60,774 bases of DNA from the NCBI RefSeq assembly GCF_001194135.2, contig NC_068993.1, forward strand, positions 26,484,781-26,545,554, read 5' to 3'. The DNA comes from Octopus bimaculoides (Eukaryota). The translations under genes were made by a program, and so were the position numbers. Under the pieces are notes generated by a model. That model saw nothing but the letters and a program-made list of their open reading frames with translations. It was not told where the DNA came from and ran no database searches. Shown here piece by piece: positions 11,882 to 24,957 of the stretch (positions are counted from its first letter, which is position 1; every line of letters begins with the position of its first letter).

Positions 11882-12689
11882 GAGAAGAGGAAACGGGATA
11901 CCTTGAAACGCCTGTGTCTTTCTCAGGGACATTAGCAGACTAAATTAACACATTAGTGCCCAACCAAAAATCATTTTTTATACAACTTTATCTGATACTA
12001 AATATATAAATTTTAAAAAATTATTACAATATTTGAAAGACAATCCAGTCTTGATGACTAACTAAAGTTATCTCAGAAAAATACAGGTGTTTTAGAAATA
12101 TGACGGATTATCCTTCTGGTCCTAAAAAAAGGACCATGTGCGCTGATGGGTTAAGTGAAAAGACATCAACTAACCATGTATATGAGATAGAGTGCGCGCA
12201 AACGCACGCAGACACAGTACAACACAACATTTTCATAACTTTACTCAACTGTTGTTTTGCTAACTTAAGTCGCTACTTTGATATCAGAGGTATCGATTTA
12301 TCTATCTTCAAGTTATCCAGGAATGGTTCAAGAATGAGGGCGAACCAGATAAATTCGCTTAATCTCTATTATGAATCAAACTTTGGTCAACTGGAGTTGC
12401 TCAAAGCGCTGGCAATTGAAAACGATGTGTGTTAATCAGAGGAAAGTGGGTGGCCAGCTCGAGGGTACATTAGGTGTCCTTTTCCTGTATCTTCCTAACC
12501 AAAAGGCTCTGTTAATTTATCTGAGTAATCCTCATTACAATCAACTTCTTTGCATTTTGCTAAACAGAAATTTGGAATTCCCATAAAACCTTTTCTTGCA
12601 GCAATTATTCTGTTAAACCAGTAACGAAAATATTTTCATATAATGATTTGGATTTAGAAAGTTTCCTGTCTTCCTGCATCTCTTTCCAG

Positions 12690-12721
12690 GAATCGAAGTT
12701 GACAATCAATCCTTCCTTGAG
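12690..12721 (+). other. Candidate small upstream exon of the zinc-finger gene
   Basis: Strong pyrimidine tract TTTCCTGTCTTCCTGCATCTCTTTCCAG, 32-nt body, donor GAG/GTAACT. Confidence 0.3.
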
Positions 12722-13489
12722 GTAACTCAGAAGTCATGCTAGTACCACAGGTATTCTAATAAACCTCGCTTAACAAACCACAAAGACTCGTCTACAGCTA
12801 ATAAATGCAAAGTTCATGTAAGGATCAGGGGAAGTCAAATATGTTCTGATGTTCATACATCTAACGGAGCACGTAAAATGTCTCAGAGACGGATCTAAAT
12901 TGTTAACGTGGTATTTATTATTCACGCTTTAAAAAGTACTCTCATGTCTGAAGTCATATTCACATGAACTATACATTATTATTAATAATACTGAGTACGT
13001 ATTACTGCGAGAGGACCAGTAGTAGGGCTCTACTACAAATAGTAAGAGATAGAAATAATAAAGTGTGTGTGTGTATATATATATATATATTACTCTTTTA
13101 CTTGTTTCAGTCATTTGACTGCGNNNNNNNNNNNNNNNNNNNNNNNNNNNNNNNNNNNNNNNNNNNNNNNNNNNNNNNNNNNNNNNNNNNNNNNNNNNNN
13201 NNNNNNNNNNNNNNNNNNNNNNNTATATGTTTATGTATATATATGTGTATATGTATGTATATATGTGTGTATATCTGAATGTGTATATGTACGTATATAT
13301 ATATGTGTATTTGTATATGTATATGGGATATTTTTCATGGACAGCCCTAGAAATTGTCGCTCCAGAAGCTAATGCTGCAAGGAGTGCTTGACTTGAATAA
13401 TAAGAAATAAAGGTAAACCTTTGCTGCAGTGCACCTAATTAGTGCTGTATATGAGCAAAATATCGCATAAATCAAGTGGAAAACAGATT

Positions 13490-14910
13490 TTCGCATGTTA
13501 AATTCCTTTGTTGTGGGAACACAAAATACAGTGAGTTCATCAGAAGTGTGAGGTGGAAAGCATTCTTTTACGATGACTACTTTTCTTTGGATTGTAATAC
13601 TGGAGCGCTTGAAACCTAATATTTTGATGAATAAACTTAATTTATACAATTTGACATTGATAATTATTATCAGTCAATATCTCCGAATCTTTTAGATAAG
13701 GCATCGGCATTTACAAATAGGTTTAAAAACATTTCTCCTTTGGAAAGAGAGATAATTCAAACTGCCAGAAAAACATTAATCTTGTATAATGAGAAATATT
13801 GTACCTGTAGCGATATCCCGGATAATTTCAATGTTACGATGTGATCCTCTGAACCTGCCCTAGTCACTGACATAGTTGGACTATTCTTATTATCAATTAT
13901 TAAGGATAAATTTCCAAATATTAGCAGGGAATTATATAGGGATGATGCTTTATTTGCCATTTTGAACCTTTACTCATAAAAAATTTATAGGATTAGGAAA
14001 CAATTAATTAGGGTCTCTAAGGGATATAATTTAAATATCACTTTTGAAAACAGGTTTAAGATTGTGAATTTTTTAGATGTTACCATGAACTTGGAAAATG
14101 GCCTATTCTATCCTTAAAGAATAATTAGACTATCCAGTGTATCAACATATCTAACTACCCAAAATGTGTCATTAACAGCATAATTAAAGGGGTATCAATG
14201 GAGATATAATACAAAAAAAAATGACAATTTAAATTATAATAATGTGGGGAATAGTAATGTAAATGGGAAATTCTATATAAAAAAAAGCAGTGTGGAAATG
14301 GGATATTATTTGCTTTACCCCACTAGTTATTCTTGAAATTAATTGAGAATAATCTTCCTTCAACACATACGTACCACTCTATTTTTAAGAAATTGACTCT
14401 GAAACTTTCTTACTCCACAACATCGAACCTCGGATTGATTATTGCCACAAATAATTGGCTTAAAATATGAAATTTGACAAATACTAATTGTAACAAAAGA
14501 AATAATAATAAAGGAATGGTTGGTCCTGTGAAAGAAAGTTGCAATTGTCGCTCCCAAAATAATGTAGTATATAAGTGTGAAGTAAATACTTTAAATGAGG
14601 TTAACAAAGTATACATTGGAAGCAATACAAATTTCAAGATTAGATATAGGGCACATATGAATTCGTTTGTTAACAAGAATACAAAAAATTCTACTGCTTT
14701 GGCCATATGTATAAATAAATTAAAATATAGTAATAGAATATACTCCGTAAAATGGTCTATCATATAATACGCTTACAAAAGCCTGTAGACTTTGTTTGAA
14801 AGAAGCCATAAATTTATTAAGAACAGATAAAAAAAATTATTGCTGAATAAGATATCTGAGGTTTTGATTTCATGTCGGCACAAGTTACTATCAACTTTCA
14901 AACTTTTAGA
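13490..14910 (+). mobile_element. EN+ Penelope-like element (RT plus C-terminal GIY-YIG endonuclease), degenerate and internally deleted
   Basis: Ordered motifs EFIRSVRWKAFF; QFDIDNYYQSISP; NFNVTM*S..LVTDIVGLFLL; LYRDDAL; VNFLDVTMNL; CNC; NVVYKC..VYIGS..FKIRYRAH; VKWSII; LNKISEVLISCRH. Confidence 0.88.
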
Positions 14911-16543
14911 AAATAAAAAAAAGATTCAAAAAAAAAATTTTTTAATAAAAAGTTTTTTAAATGCTAACCGAGAGTTCCCTAATATAGATCTCCACTCATC
15001 CTTATTTAGGCATATAACTTAGAAGCTAGCTCCTGTGGAGGGTTCTTCATTAAGCCTTAGGCCCAACAATGACACTTTGTGCATTGAGTACATATTAAAT
15101 TTTATTAAACTTGACCAATATTTTTCAAGCAATAAACAATTTTCATCAAAACAATGATATAATTTGTTGACTTGGAACTTATTGCAAAGCTGCAAAATAA
15201 ACATTTTTTTTGTCTTCTCATTTGGGTGTCAGTACAATTTTTTTCTATCTAACCTCTTTCTTTCTCTCTGTCTGTCTGTCTGTCTGTCTCTCTTTCTGTT
15301 GATTGTTTTCAACCATTACCATTGCCACCACAACTGCCATACACACCATGCAGACTTCTGATGCCACCACCATTACCACTGTCTTTCAAATCACTTACTA
15401 TCACTGTCATCCCTGACTGCCTGCCTTGGCTACCAGCAAATCACCGTTGCCTCAGCCTCTATCACAAATACAGCACATACTATTTCTATCAGCCCGTTAC
15501 CATCACAGCCGTCAATCTACTACTACCCTCACCGTCTCTATGCCTACTATTACTCTCACCCCAACATGAGGAATGGTACAAGTGTCATTGAATAGTGAGA
15601 GAGGGGTCAAAGTGTGACACACTGACACATAGAAATTTGTTTTGGCATTTATTATTATTATATATTTTACAAGTGTGTAATTGGCTAACAGGGTACTCGG
15701 AGGAATTACACCATTAACTAGTTAATTTATATCTAACATGATGTAAACCCATTCTATGTAAAAATGTATTGCACATTTATCTTGGTGTAAATATGATAAT
15801 AAAAAAATAAGAATAGGGATGTTTCATTACGACTGTTTCTATAGAATGGTTATTTTGCTTAGTCATGTATTACATCACTTTGTTACATAACCAGACCATT
15901 TCATTGGCCATCTATGTGCAGTTGACAGATATGATTACATTAACTTATATGTATTATATGTAAATGTATGTATATATGTGTTTTTATGTGTACATGTGTG
16001 TGTGTATGTTGGTATGGTAATATTTTCCCATGGTCAGACATGTTCTTGTAGAAAATTGGAAATGAACGACATTGCTTTAATGGAATGTCAAAACAAGGAG
16101 GAACAACATATATACACTCACACGTTAAGTCATTCCTGTCTTGAAAAAGTTTACCTCTCAACTACATAGCTTTGTGGGCAGTCCCAATATGTGACATCAT
16201 GAGCAAGTGTTTATTATACTCATATGTCAATCAGATCTTTTATAGATGGACTTAATAGTTGGAAACTGCCTTGTGTGTGTTCATTCACATCTCTATTTGA
16301 AAATTGCTGAGCAGTAATGATGTGTCTTCACTTGTTAACAAATCACTTACTAGCTTTGTATTTTCAAGTGTGTGTAAAGAGGAGTACTTGAAGAATCAGT
16401 AAAGGTTAGTGAAAGAAAGGGACTCATGCTAGAATGGAAAACCAACATAAAATTTAAATGGAAGTAGTATGTACGTGTGTGTATACACATTTGTGTGTGT
16501 GCTATATATCAATACTATTGATTGTTTCTATTTTATTTTGTAG

Positions 16544-16654
16544 GCAGAGGAAATCTTAGACGACAACTGTATATTATCTCCCACACATCTTAGGAGTATT
16601 CTTCATCTTGCTGTGATTCTTTCTTTACCAATATACAACTGTGAGCAAAGACAG
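16544..16654 (+). other. Candidate internal upstream exon of the zinc-finger gene
   Basis: Acceptor TTTCTATTTTATTTTGTAG; open in frame 0 for 37 codons; possible donors GTGAGC (16641) or GTAGAA (16655). Confidence 0.3.
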
Positions 16655-17229
16655 GTAGAAATCATAATATTAAATAATTATAAATATATTACTTCAGTTA
16701 TTGCATGTTACCCCACCCTCCTCTGTGCAAAAATGTTATTGTAGCCCCCTTTTGTAGCATTTTGTTACCTTAATTTGGTCTCTTGTGACAATTTTTTTTT
16801 TGTTCCATCCTACTTGGAGTTTTTAACTGCCTCTTGTCAATCAAAATGATCGTTACTGTTGTGTGGATAATTAATATGCACATTATATTGTATTTTCAAT
16901 GTGGATAATTAATATATGTGTACATTGTATTCTCCTCATATATGTAACATTCAGTGTTGATTGTTTTCAAAAGCGAGAAAACATAGGTAGCTTTTAACTT
17001 TTTCGTTGCACAAGCATTTTTCAACCCAATATTTACATGCTATTATTTATAGCTTTATAAATAGTTCCAAATTCCAAAAAAAAAAAAAAAGAAATATTTC
17101 ATGTTCTCTTGAAAGTTTATAAATTCTTATGACAGCAGCAACGTTTTCAAACAATAACATTAGTAATTATAAATATACATATTTTAGAATAATATTTAGG
17201 GAAAATAGATAACATTGCCTTCATGAGGG

Positions 17230-17490
17230 CCATACACCACATGGAAGTTGACTTTGGTGGAATTGGAATTTAGAATGTAAAGACACATGAAATGTCTCTG
17301 TGCATTTTATCCCGCATGATAATGATTCTGCCAGCTTACTACCTTAACAGTGATTAATATTAGCATTTTTAATGCTGCTTGGGGCGATAAAATAAGTACC
17401 AGTTAAGTACTGGGGTCAATGTAATTGACTTATACCTTCCCTCGAAATTGCTGGCCTTGTGCCAAAATTTGAAACCAATATTAACATTTA
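17230..17490. mobile_element. SINE family B fragments (head on -, tail on +)
   Basis: Match to the 29998-30425 copies (GATAAAATAAGTACCAG..TACTGGGGTC; GATTCTGCCAGCT on -). Confidence 0.6.
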
Positions 17491-18344
17491 TTCCATGAAC
17501 AATTACTAATTAAGAATAGAATCAAAGAAAATATTTTTTTGTAGTCAAAAAAATGTATTAACTTTCTAATATAAAAGTTGGTTTCCGTAATAATTGACAG
17601 ATTTAAATCAATATATTTTTTGTTTGTATACTGTTGCTATGTCACTAATTATTATGTGACAACTGAAGACCATATATCTAATTTTTGGCTGGTTGTGTTA
17701 CTTTCACATTTAGTTAAATATCCACTTTAATTTAGATGTTCATGCAAAATTTTCAGGATATTAAAACTGGTTTCAAATTATTGAAACCTTTTTTTTTCCC
17801 CCTTTTTATTTTGCAGTAGGGAATTCTTAGTCCTTTGTTATCTGAATATTTTTGCAGATTGTGGCCCAGATACAGAATTATGTTTTCATTGAGCTATTGG
17901 TTATTTACAGAGGTCAAATGTCTACCTCATGGTATATAAATACATAATCTCAGTTACGTATGCACTAACACATGTAGATCTATCAGCTCTGCAGAGATTT
18001 TCTAAGATTTCTTTACATAAGTGTTTAAATTTAAATGTCACGCATTGTCCATTTCTCACATAATTCTTTGAAAATATTAGTTCATAATATTAAAGTTGGG
18101 AGTTAAGTGGGTCAACCAAAGCTTTATATGAAATCTTGTAGATAGAAACTGCAGATGGCCATTGAGTAACAGATGTGGAATCTGCAAACAAAAGTGGGAA
18201 ATGGGTAAAAGGAACTCTTGATCCTGTTGCAGATATTCTTTGGTAGTTGGATAAAATGCACACACTCCATACTGTAAAGTAGGTTGGTAATAGTTTGGGT
18301 CTTATCTCTAAACGCTGCTTTAACACTTCAGCATTTAGATTACT

Positions 18345-18500
18345 TTGTCAAATTAAATGCTTATTTATTCACTTTGTTTTGGGATTAACCAGGTATCGTT
18401 TTTTAGCTTTGAGGTTTAAGTGATGTGATTGTATATTTTTAGAATGACAATGTAGGGTAGGTGTGAGGAGCCAGGTCTGGCCAGCACAGAGGGAAATTAA
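18345..18500 (-). mobile_element. Partial copy of TTAA MITE family 1
   Basis: Similar to 32678-32893 (AGAATGACAATGTAGGGTAGGTGTGAG..CCAGGTCTGGCC). Confidence 0.55.
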
Positions 18501-20741
18501 AAAAACTGTTATATATGGAGATATTAAGTTGTTGCTGGGTTGTTATTCTCCACAGTGTAGTGAACCTCAGTCTTCTGGTTAACTTTATCCATGAAGTGTA
18601 TATCCATAAAATATGGCTGAATGATTTGTAAAATAAACCTTTATCATTTTTTTAAATTCATAAATAGATCTTTGGGATTAGAACAGTATAAATTTGTTGG
18701 AATATGTTAGTTAAAACGTAACTTAATATATTACTATACTGTATTTTTAAACAATATATTTGACTACATCACTGGTTGAATGTGACTGAAATTTTAAACA
18801 CGCACAAACTTACATATCAGTTGGTTTAAAGGTTAAATTTATAAAAAATAATTCGTACTAGTGCTTAGATTTTAAGAATTTCTCAAATTTTAATTTGGTT
18901 AAGTATCAAAACTGATAATGTTTCTAATGAACCTGTGACCAAAATTGAATATATTTCCTTATTTGTTGAACCAAACTACGTGAAAAATCTCTTTGTACTC
19001 ATTTGTAAAAATTATCATCATAATGTTTGTTGGACAATGTATAGGAAGTGTTTATTTAGAGAAATCAAATGTTATCCCTAAGAAACCAATAAAATTTCAC
19101 ATTGACATCATCATTTAAGTATGTATTGGTAATTATAGCCAGAGTTTGGAAGGGTGCAGATTTAGGACAACAAAAAAAAAAAAATCACATGGTGTCAGGC
19201 AGGTTGATAACAGATAGGCTAAAATTAGGCAAATTTCTTATTTTTCTTTAAATGTAAGCATTAATATTGTAAATGGTATTATGTAATTATTTAAGTAGAA
19301 TGCTTCATTTTTGTCAGTTTAATTCATCTTATTGACACTTTTTGTATGTTAGGTTTTCTGTCAACTTTAGCCATACCTTTGCATAATTTGTTGATGATGC
19401 ATCTGGAGCCTTAAAATGATGCTTAATATATCACCCTCCAATCCTTTGGACTTCTCTCTCTCCTCAGTGACCACCTGGAAAGCTTCCACTTGATCCACTT
19501 GGAAGAGGTTCAGTGAAAGCAATAGTTTTGCCCTCACCATCAGGAAAGCATTCAACCATCTCGGGTATGCAATTCTCAACCTCCTGCTTACAGACTCCAC
19601 CCATATTTCACATCTTAGATTAGTAGCTTCCTGATTGCATCATAGTGGTATGTATTGATGGAGCTTTCTCTGTCCCACACTTAAATTATCTCTGGTGTTT
19701 CCCAGGTTTTGGTTTTGTCTCCAAATTTCTATATATCATGACTTTCATTCCTCCCTAATATGCAACACCTATATGTAGCCTAGACACTGCTGCATGCCAA
19801 ACCTACATTGATTTCATCAGCTTCGAGAGCATTGTTCAGGGGTTGTGTACCAATCTTGTTTCTTTTTTACCAGCAAAATAATACCAATACACCACATCCT
19901 CGCTAAACACAAATAACAACATTCTACTAGAGACTTCATTCTTTAACATTGTTAGGGCTGCATTCCAATGACTGATTTTTTTCTTCAGAGAATATACCCA
20001 GCAGTTGATGGTACTCCACTCAAGTGAGTGCTGCTCCATTGTGGAGATGCTACTACTAATGAGGCAGACAACCTAGATCGCATCCAGAAAAGTACCCCTT
20101 ATCTGATTGGAATTCATTCACAAATGGACACTCTCAAACCTCTAACTAACAACTGTAAATTTATCAGTTTTAAAGTAGTTGGTGAAGATTCAAAGAAGTT
20201 TATTTTGGCTGTTTTTCATATATTTATTTCCTAAAGAAATTTGTTATCGTTAAAGCAAAATAATGGCAAAGCTGTTATCAGTAGCTAAAAAAATTAGATA
20301 AAATTAATCCCAGTAATGAAGGAACCGGGTAAAATTCTTGTAGGATTAGTATTTTTCAGGAACTTTCTTCGAGTGTAATTTTTAGATATGGCAATTGGTT
20401 TCTTTTCACTTTGATATTTAGTAATTTTGCCAGGTTTGTTTAGTCTGTGTCAAATGACGATTTGTTGTTTTCTTTAATGAAGGTGTAAAGTGTTCAATTT
20501 AGAGAAGAGTTCTGTAAATGTTTAACTGACAGAATAATGAATCTTTTAGATTTGACCATTTTTCATTTATTTACTTTTTGAAGATTTTTACATTAATCAA
20601 AATGGCTAGTGATTCCTAGTGTTGAAGGAGTTTTTTTATATCATGTGAATCTCACAAATTATTATACTATCTTCCTAATTAATTTTTTCAGAATCCAAAT
20701 AGAATGGCAATCACCTATGAATGTCATCTATTTTGGTATAG

Positions 20742-20800
20742 TATATATCATGTTATATATCATGTTATATATCATGTTATATAGTATATATCATGTTAGA
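20742..20800. repeat. 12-bp minisatellite (ATATATCATGTT) x ~4
   Basis: Direct. Confidence 0.85.
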
Positions 20801-20893
20801 ATAGTGTCACTGAGATACAGTTGTAGGACTGCTAAAGAGTTGGGATAATTGGAGAAATAAAACTAATACCTCAATGTTGTTGTAAACATAGGT

Positions 20894-21105
20894 GCAGGGG
20901 TGGCTGTGTGGCAAGTAGCTTGCTTACCAACCACGTGGTCCCGGGTTCAGTCTTACTGCATGGCACCTTGGGCAAGTGTCTTTTACTTTAACCCTTTAGC
21001 ATTTAAACCGGCCAAAAGTATTCTGTCTGGGGTCAATTTGCTCAATTAAAGGTAGTGCTCCAGCATGACTGCAGTCAAATGACGGAAACAAGTAGAAGAG
21101 TAAAA
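20894..21105 (+). mobile_element. SINE family A chimeric with the left end of a TTAA MITE and internally deleted
   Basis: SINE head, then TTAA-CCCTTTAGC.. (20988-21029), then a jump to the SINE tail GGGGTCAATTTG..CAGCATG. Confidence 0.8.
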
Positions 21106-21145
21106 GATATGGAAATAATATAGTTTAATATTGACTCATCAGACC

Positions 21146-23360
21146 CATCATCATCATCATCGTTTAACATCCGCTTTCCATGCTAGCATGGGTTGGACGA
21201 TTTGACTGAGGACTGGTGAAACCAGATGGCAACACCAGGCTCCAATCTGATTTGGCAGAGTTTGGATGCCCTTCCTAACGCCAACCACTCAGAGTGTTGT
21301 GGGTGCTTTTACGTGCCACCAGCACGAAGGCCAGTCAGGGGGTACTGGCAACGGCCACGCTCGAAATGGTGTATTTTACGTGTCACCTGCACAGGAGCCA
21401 GTCCAGCGGGACTGGCAACGAACTCGCTCGAATGTCTTTATCACGTGCCAGGAATGCGACGTTGGTAACGGTCATGCTCAAATGGCACTATTTACGTGCC
21501 ACCGGCACGAAGCCAGGCAGCTGGTGCTCTGGCAACGATCACGCTCGGACAGTGCTCTTAGTGAGTTACTGGTACTGGTGCCATCACTATTTCGCTTTCG
21601 CTTGCCCCAACAGGGATTTTGGTCTCACTTGGCTTGCCGGGTCTTCTCATGCACAGCATATTTCCAAAGGTCTCGGTCAGAAGTCATTGCCTCGGTGAGG
21701 CCTGAAGTTCGGAGGTCGTGCTTCACCACCTCATCCCAGGTCTTCCTGGGCCTGCCTCTTCCACGGGTTCCCTCAACTGCTAGGGTGTGGCACTTTTTCA
21801 CACAGCTATCATCATCCATTCTCGCCACATGTCCATACCAGTGCAATCGTCTCTCTTGCACACCACAACTGATGCTTCTTAGGTTCAACTTTTCTCTCAA
21901 GATACTTACACTCTGTCGGGTATGCACACTGACATTACTCATCCATCGGAGCATACTGGCTTCATTCCTTGCGAGCTAACGCATATCCTCAGCAGTCAAG
22001 GCCCATGTTTCACTGCCATGTAGCATGGCTGTTCGTACACATGCGTCATACAGTCTGCCTTTTACTCTGAGCGAGAGGCCCTTTATTGCCAACAGAGGTA
22101 AGAGCTCTCTGAACTTTGCGCAGGCTATTCTTATTCTAGCAGCTACACTTTCAGCGCACCCACCCCCACTACTAACTTGGTCACCCAGATAGCGGAAGCT
22201 ATCAACTGCCTCTAGTTTTTCTCCTTAGAATGAGACAGAAGTTGTTTTCTGCATATTTTCAGTGTTTATTGCACCTGAACATCTGCCACATACAAAAACT
22301 AACTTCCTAGTTAACCTGCCTTTGATATTGCTGCACCTCTTATGTGTCCATAGCTTGCACTGGGTACATCTTATAGAGTTTCTACCTACACCTTTTCTAC
22401 AGATCGAGCAGGGCATCTACCTGAAGGGGTCTGTGTTTTGTCTACCTCCCTACTTATTAGAACGTTGGTTTTAGCTAAGTTGAACCTAAGGCCCTTCGAT
22501 TTTAGTCTCTGCTTCCACACCTGAAACTTCTCCTCTAGTTTTGATAGTGATTCGGCAATTAGTGCAAGGTCATCAGCATAGAGGAGCTCCCAGGGCTGTC
22601 TTGAATTCCTCTGTTATCGCCTGGAGGACAATGATAAATAGGAGGGGGCTGAGGACAGAACCTTGGTGGACCCCTACCTCTACCCGGAATTCTTCACTGT
22701 ACTCATTGCCAACCCTCACCTTACTGACAGCGTCTCTGTACATGGCTTGCACAGCTCTCACTAACCATTCTTCTATCCCTAGTTTCCTCATTGACCACCA
22801 GATAAGGGATTGGGGGACCCTGTCAAAGGCTTTCTCCATGTCAACGAAAGCCAGGTACAGAGGTTTATCCTTGGCTAGGTATTTCTCCTGCAGCTGTCTT
22901 ACCAGAAATATAGCATCAGTGGTGCTTTTCCCTGGCACAAACCCAAACTGCATCTCATCTAAGCTGACTCTCTCCCTAATTNNNNNNNNNNNNNNNNNNN
23001 NNNNNNNNNNNNNNCTATGACTCTCTCTGTGACTTTCATTACCTGATCTAATAGCTTGATACCTCTGTAATTATTTGTATCTAAAGCGTCACCTTTACCT
23101 TTGTAGCAGTTGACTAAGGTGCTGCTACACCAGTCATTGGGTATGACTCCTTCGTGTATCACCTGGTTAGCAATACGGGTGATTAGGCTATAGCCGACAC
23201 TGCCAGATATTTTGAGCATCTCTGCAGTGATTCCTGATGGGCCGGGGGCCTTCCCTGTCTTCATACTCATAATTGCTTTATCTACCATGGAACTGTCATC
23301 TCAGATAGCTGGTCCCTCTGTTGGGTCGACATTTGGCAGACTCTCTTTCTCCCATTCAAT
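21146..23360 (-). mobile_element. RTE-clade LINE, 5'-truncated, RT with inserted PHD-type finger, (GAT)n tail
   Basis: KTGKAPGPSG, NNYRGIKLL, QFGFVPGKSTTDAIF, FVDMEKAFDRVP, GVHQGSVLSPLLF, LLYADDL (22569-22580), VDSFRYLG (22184-22206), RRLHWYGHVARM, RGRGRPRKTW; frameshifts and stops; (CAT)n on + at 21146. Confidence 0.93.
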
Positions 23361-23598
23361 GATTATCCTTAATAGTTTCTTAGTCTGCTAATAAATTTTA
23401 ACTGTATTTTTAAGTTTTTGTAAGTTTTCTTTCTTTTGCTGACCTGTAAATCCAAATCTAATGCAGTTGTACAAGAAAATTATGTTTTAAAACATTACTT
23501 TAAATTTTGAGTGTACTTGGTGTTATCCAGGAAACATATCCTACAAACATTACATTTCTATCACAAATTTTGGCCAGTGTTCATATAGATGTTCATTA

Positions 23599-24165
23599 TG
23601 GTAAGTAGCTTGCGTACCAACCACATGGTTCCGGGTTCAGTCCTATTGCATGGTACCTTGGCCAAGTGTCTTTTACTTTAACCCTTTAGCATTTAAACCG
23701 GCCAAAAGTATTCTGTCTGTTTTATGTTCAAACTGACCAGATCTGGCCTCTCACACCAACCCTACAATATCGTTTTAAAAATTACAGCTACCTCATCAAA
23801 ATCTCATAGCCACAAGATAATGCATGATTAGTTCAAAACAATGTGGATAAAAAAGCATTAATTTTGGCAGAATAATGCGAACACTAAAGGCTTAACCTCA
23901 GGCCAACCAAAGCCTTGTGAGTGGATTTGGTGGATGGAAACTACATGTGTGTGTGTTTGCATATCTGAGTGTGGTGTGTGTCCCCACCGCCATTGCTTGA
24001 CAGCCGATGTTGGTGTGTTTACATCCCTGCAACTTAGCAGTTTGGCAAAAGAGACCGATAGAATAAGTACTAGGCTTACAAAGAATGAGTCCTGGGGTCG
24101 ATTTGTTCAGCTAAAGGCAGTGCTCCAGCATGGCTGCAGGTAAATGACTGAAACAAATAAAAGAA
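23599..24165 (+). mobile_element. SINE family A interrupted by a TTAA MITE
   Basis: SINE sequence resumes (CCTCAGGCCAACCAAAGCC) immediately after the MITE right end. Confidence 0.85.
23682..23891 (+). mobile_element. piggyBac-like MITE family 1 (~210 bp)
   Basis: TTAA duplicated at 23678-23681 and 23892-23895; termini CCCTTTAG / CTAAAGGC; non-coding. Confidence 0.8.
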
Positions 24166-24755
24166 TAATATAAATTCTCATTGTATTCCAATAGTTATAT
24201 CACTCTTAAAATCTTTTGCGTCGTTTGTATTTATTACAGAACTTTAGTTTCTTTAAGACTGTACATTCTGCTATGCTTGTGCATATACCTGCCACCTCTT
24301 TCTACATAGAATTTTTTGTAAGACCATAAGACTATTTTGTAGCATTATCCAGATGAAGTTGTAGTTCCTTTTAAATAAATCTTAAAAACTGTTTCTGTCT
24401 AATGAATAAAGCTACACAAAGTCTCTACTTTGTAGCTTTTGCAATTCTGGAGAAAGATAATTACAAAATGATGGTAACAAAAGAGTTCTTTTGTGTGTAG
24501 GTGTTCTGTTCTTCTTTATCAAATAGGTTGGATGGTTTTGGACATTTGTATATTGTGTGAGGAAAGTAGGTGCATTTTTTCCTGCATTTTGAAGCTGAGG
24601 TTAACAGTGATGTTTTGTCAGTATTCACCAACATTATGACTATATGTAGTTTGACGTCAACTGTTAAATATATAAATATAGCAGTATAATAGTGCTTGAT
24701 CTGTTGAAATTTCCAATTTCTTCATAGTATAAGCATCCAGCAAATACTAGTTTAA

Positions 24756-24957
24756 CCTTTTCATTACCGTATTTCTGCTAAAACACTCTCCCTTTGTTTC
24801 ACTTGATTTTTAAAATAATTAAGAATTTAGTAAAATAATTTTGTCATTATTAAACTGCTGCTTGGAATTTAAATTAGCATGGAATTTTGATGGAAGTCAT
24901 TAATTTAGATTACTTTAGAACAGGGTGTTTGAGTCCTAGAACTAGGGGCATCTCAGG
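24756..24957 (+). mobile_element. piggyBac-like MITE family 2
   Basis: TTAA-CCTTTTCATTAC...CTCAGG-TTAA; related pieces at ~33990-34130, ~35125-35340 (ends AAAAGGG-TTAA) and 44955-~45190 (TTAA-CCCTTTCATTAC). Confidence 0.6.

Noticed and set aside
11875-11927. Hairpin-like GAGAAGAG..GAAAC GCCTGT GTC TTTTCTCAG
   Set aside because: It has GAAAC..GTC and a stem-I-like pair but no CTGANGA.
12290-12350. - strand FALILEPFLDNLKIDKSI resembling the L1 RT motif after QG
   Set aside because: There is no adjacent RQGCPLSP or YADD; it may be chance.
15020-15075. CTGTGGA-GGG..CCC-AACAA downstream of the PLE ORF
   Set aside because: It could be a decayed terminal-repeat hammerhead, but both core halves are mutated; not supportable.
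19370-20010. Possible decayed L1/Tx1 ORF2 C-terminus on -
   Set aside because: The composition is TE-like but no diagnostic motif could be aligned confidently.
21206-21222. CTGAGGA-CTGGT-GAAAC in the RTE 3' UTR (also at ~58338-58354 on -) resembling a hammerhead core
   Set aside because: Only 5 nt separate the core halves, so no stem II can form; CTGG/CCAG pair across GAAA instead.
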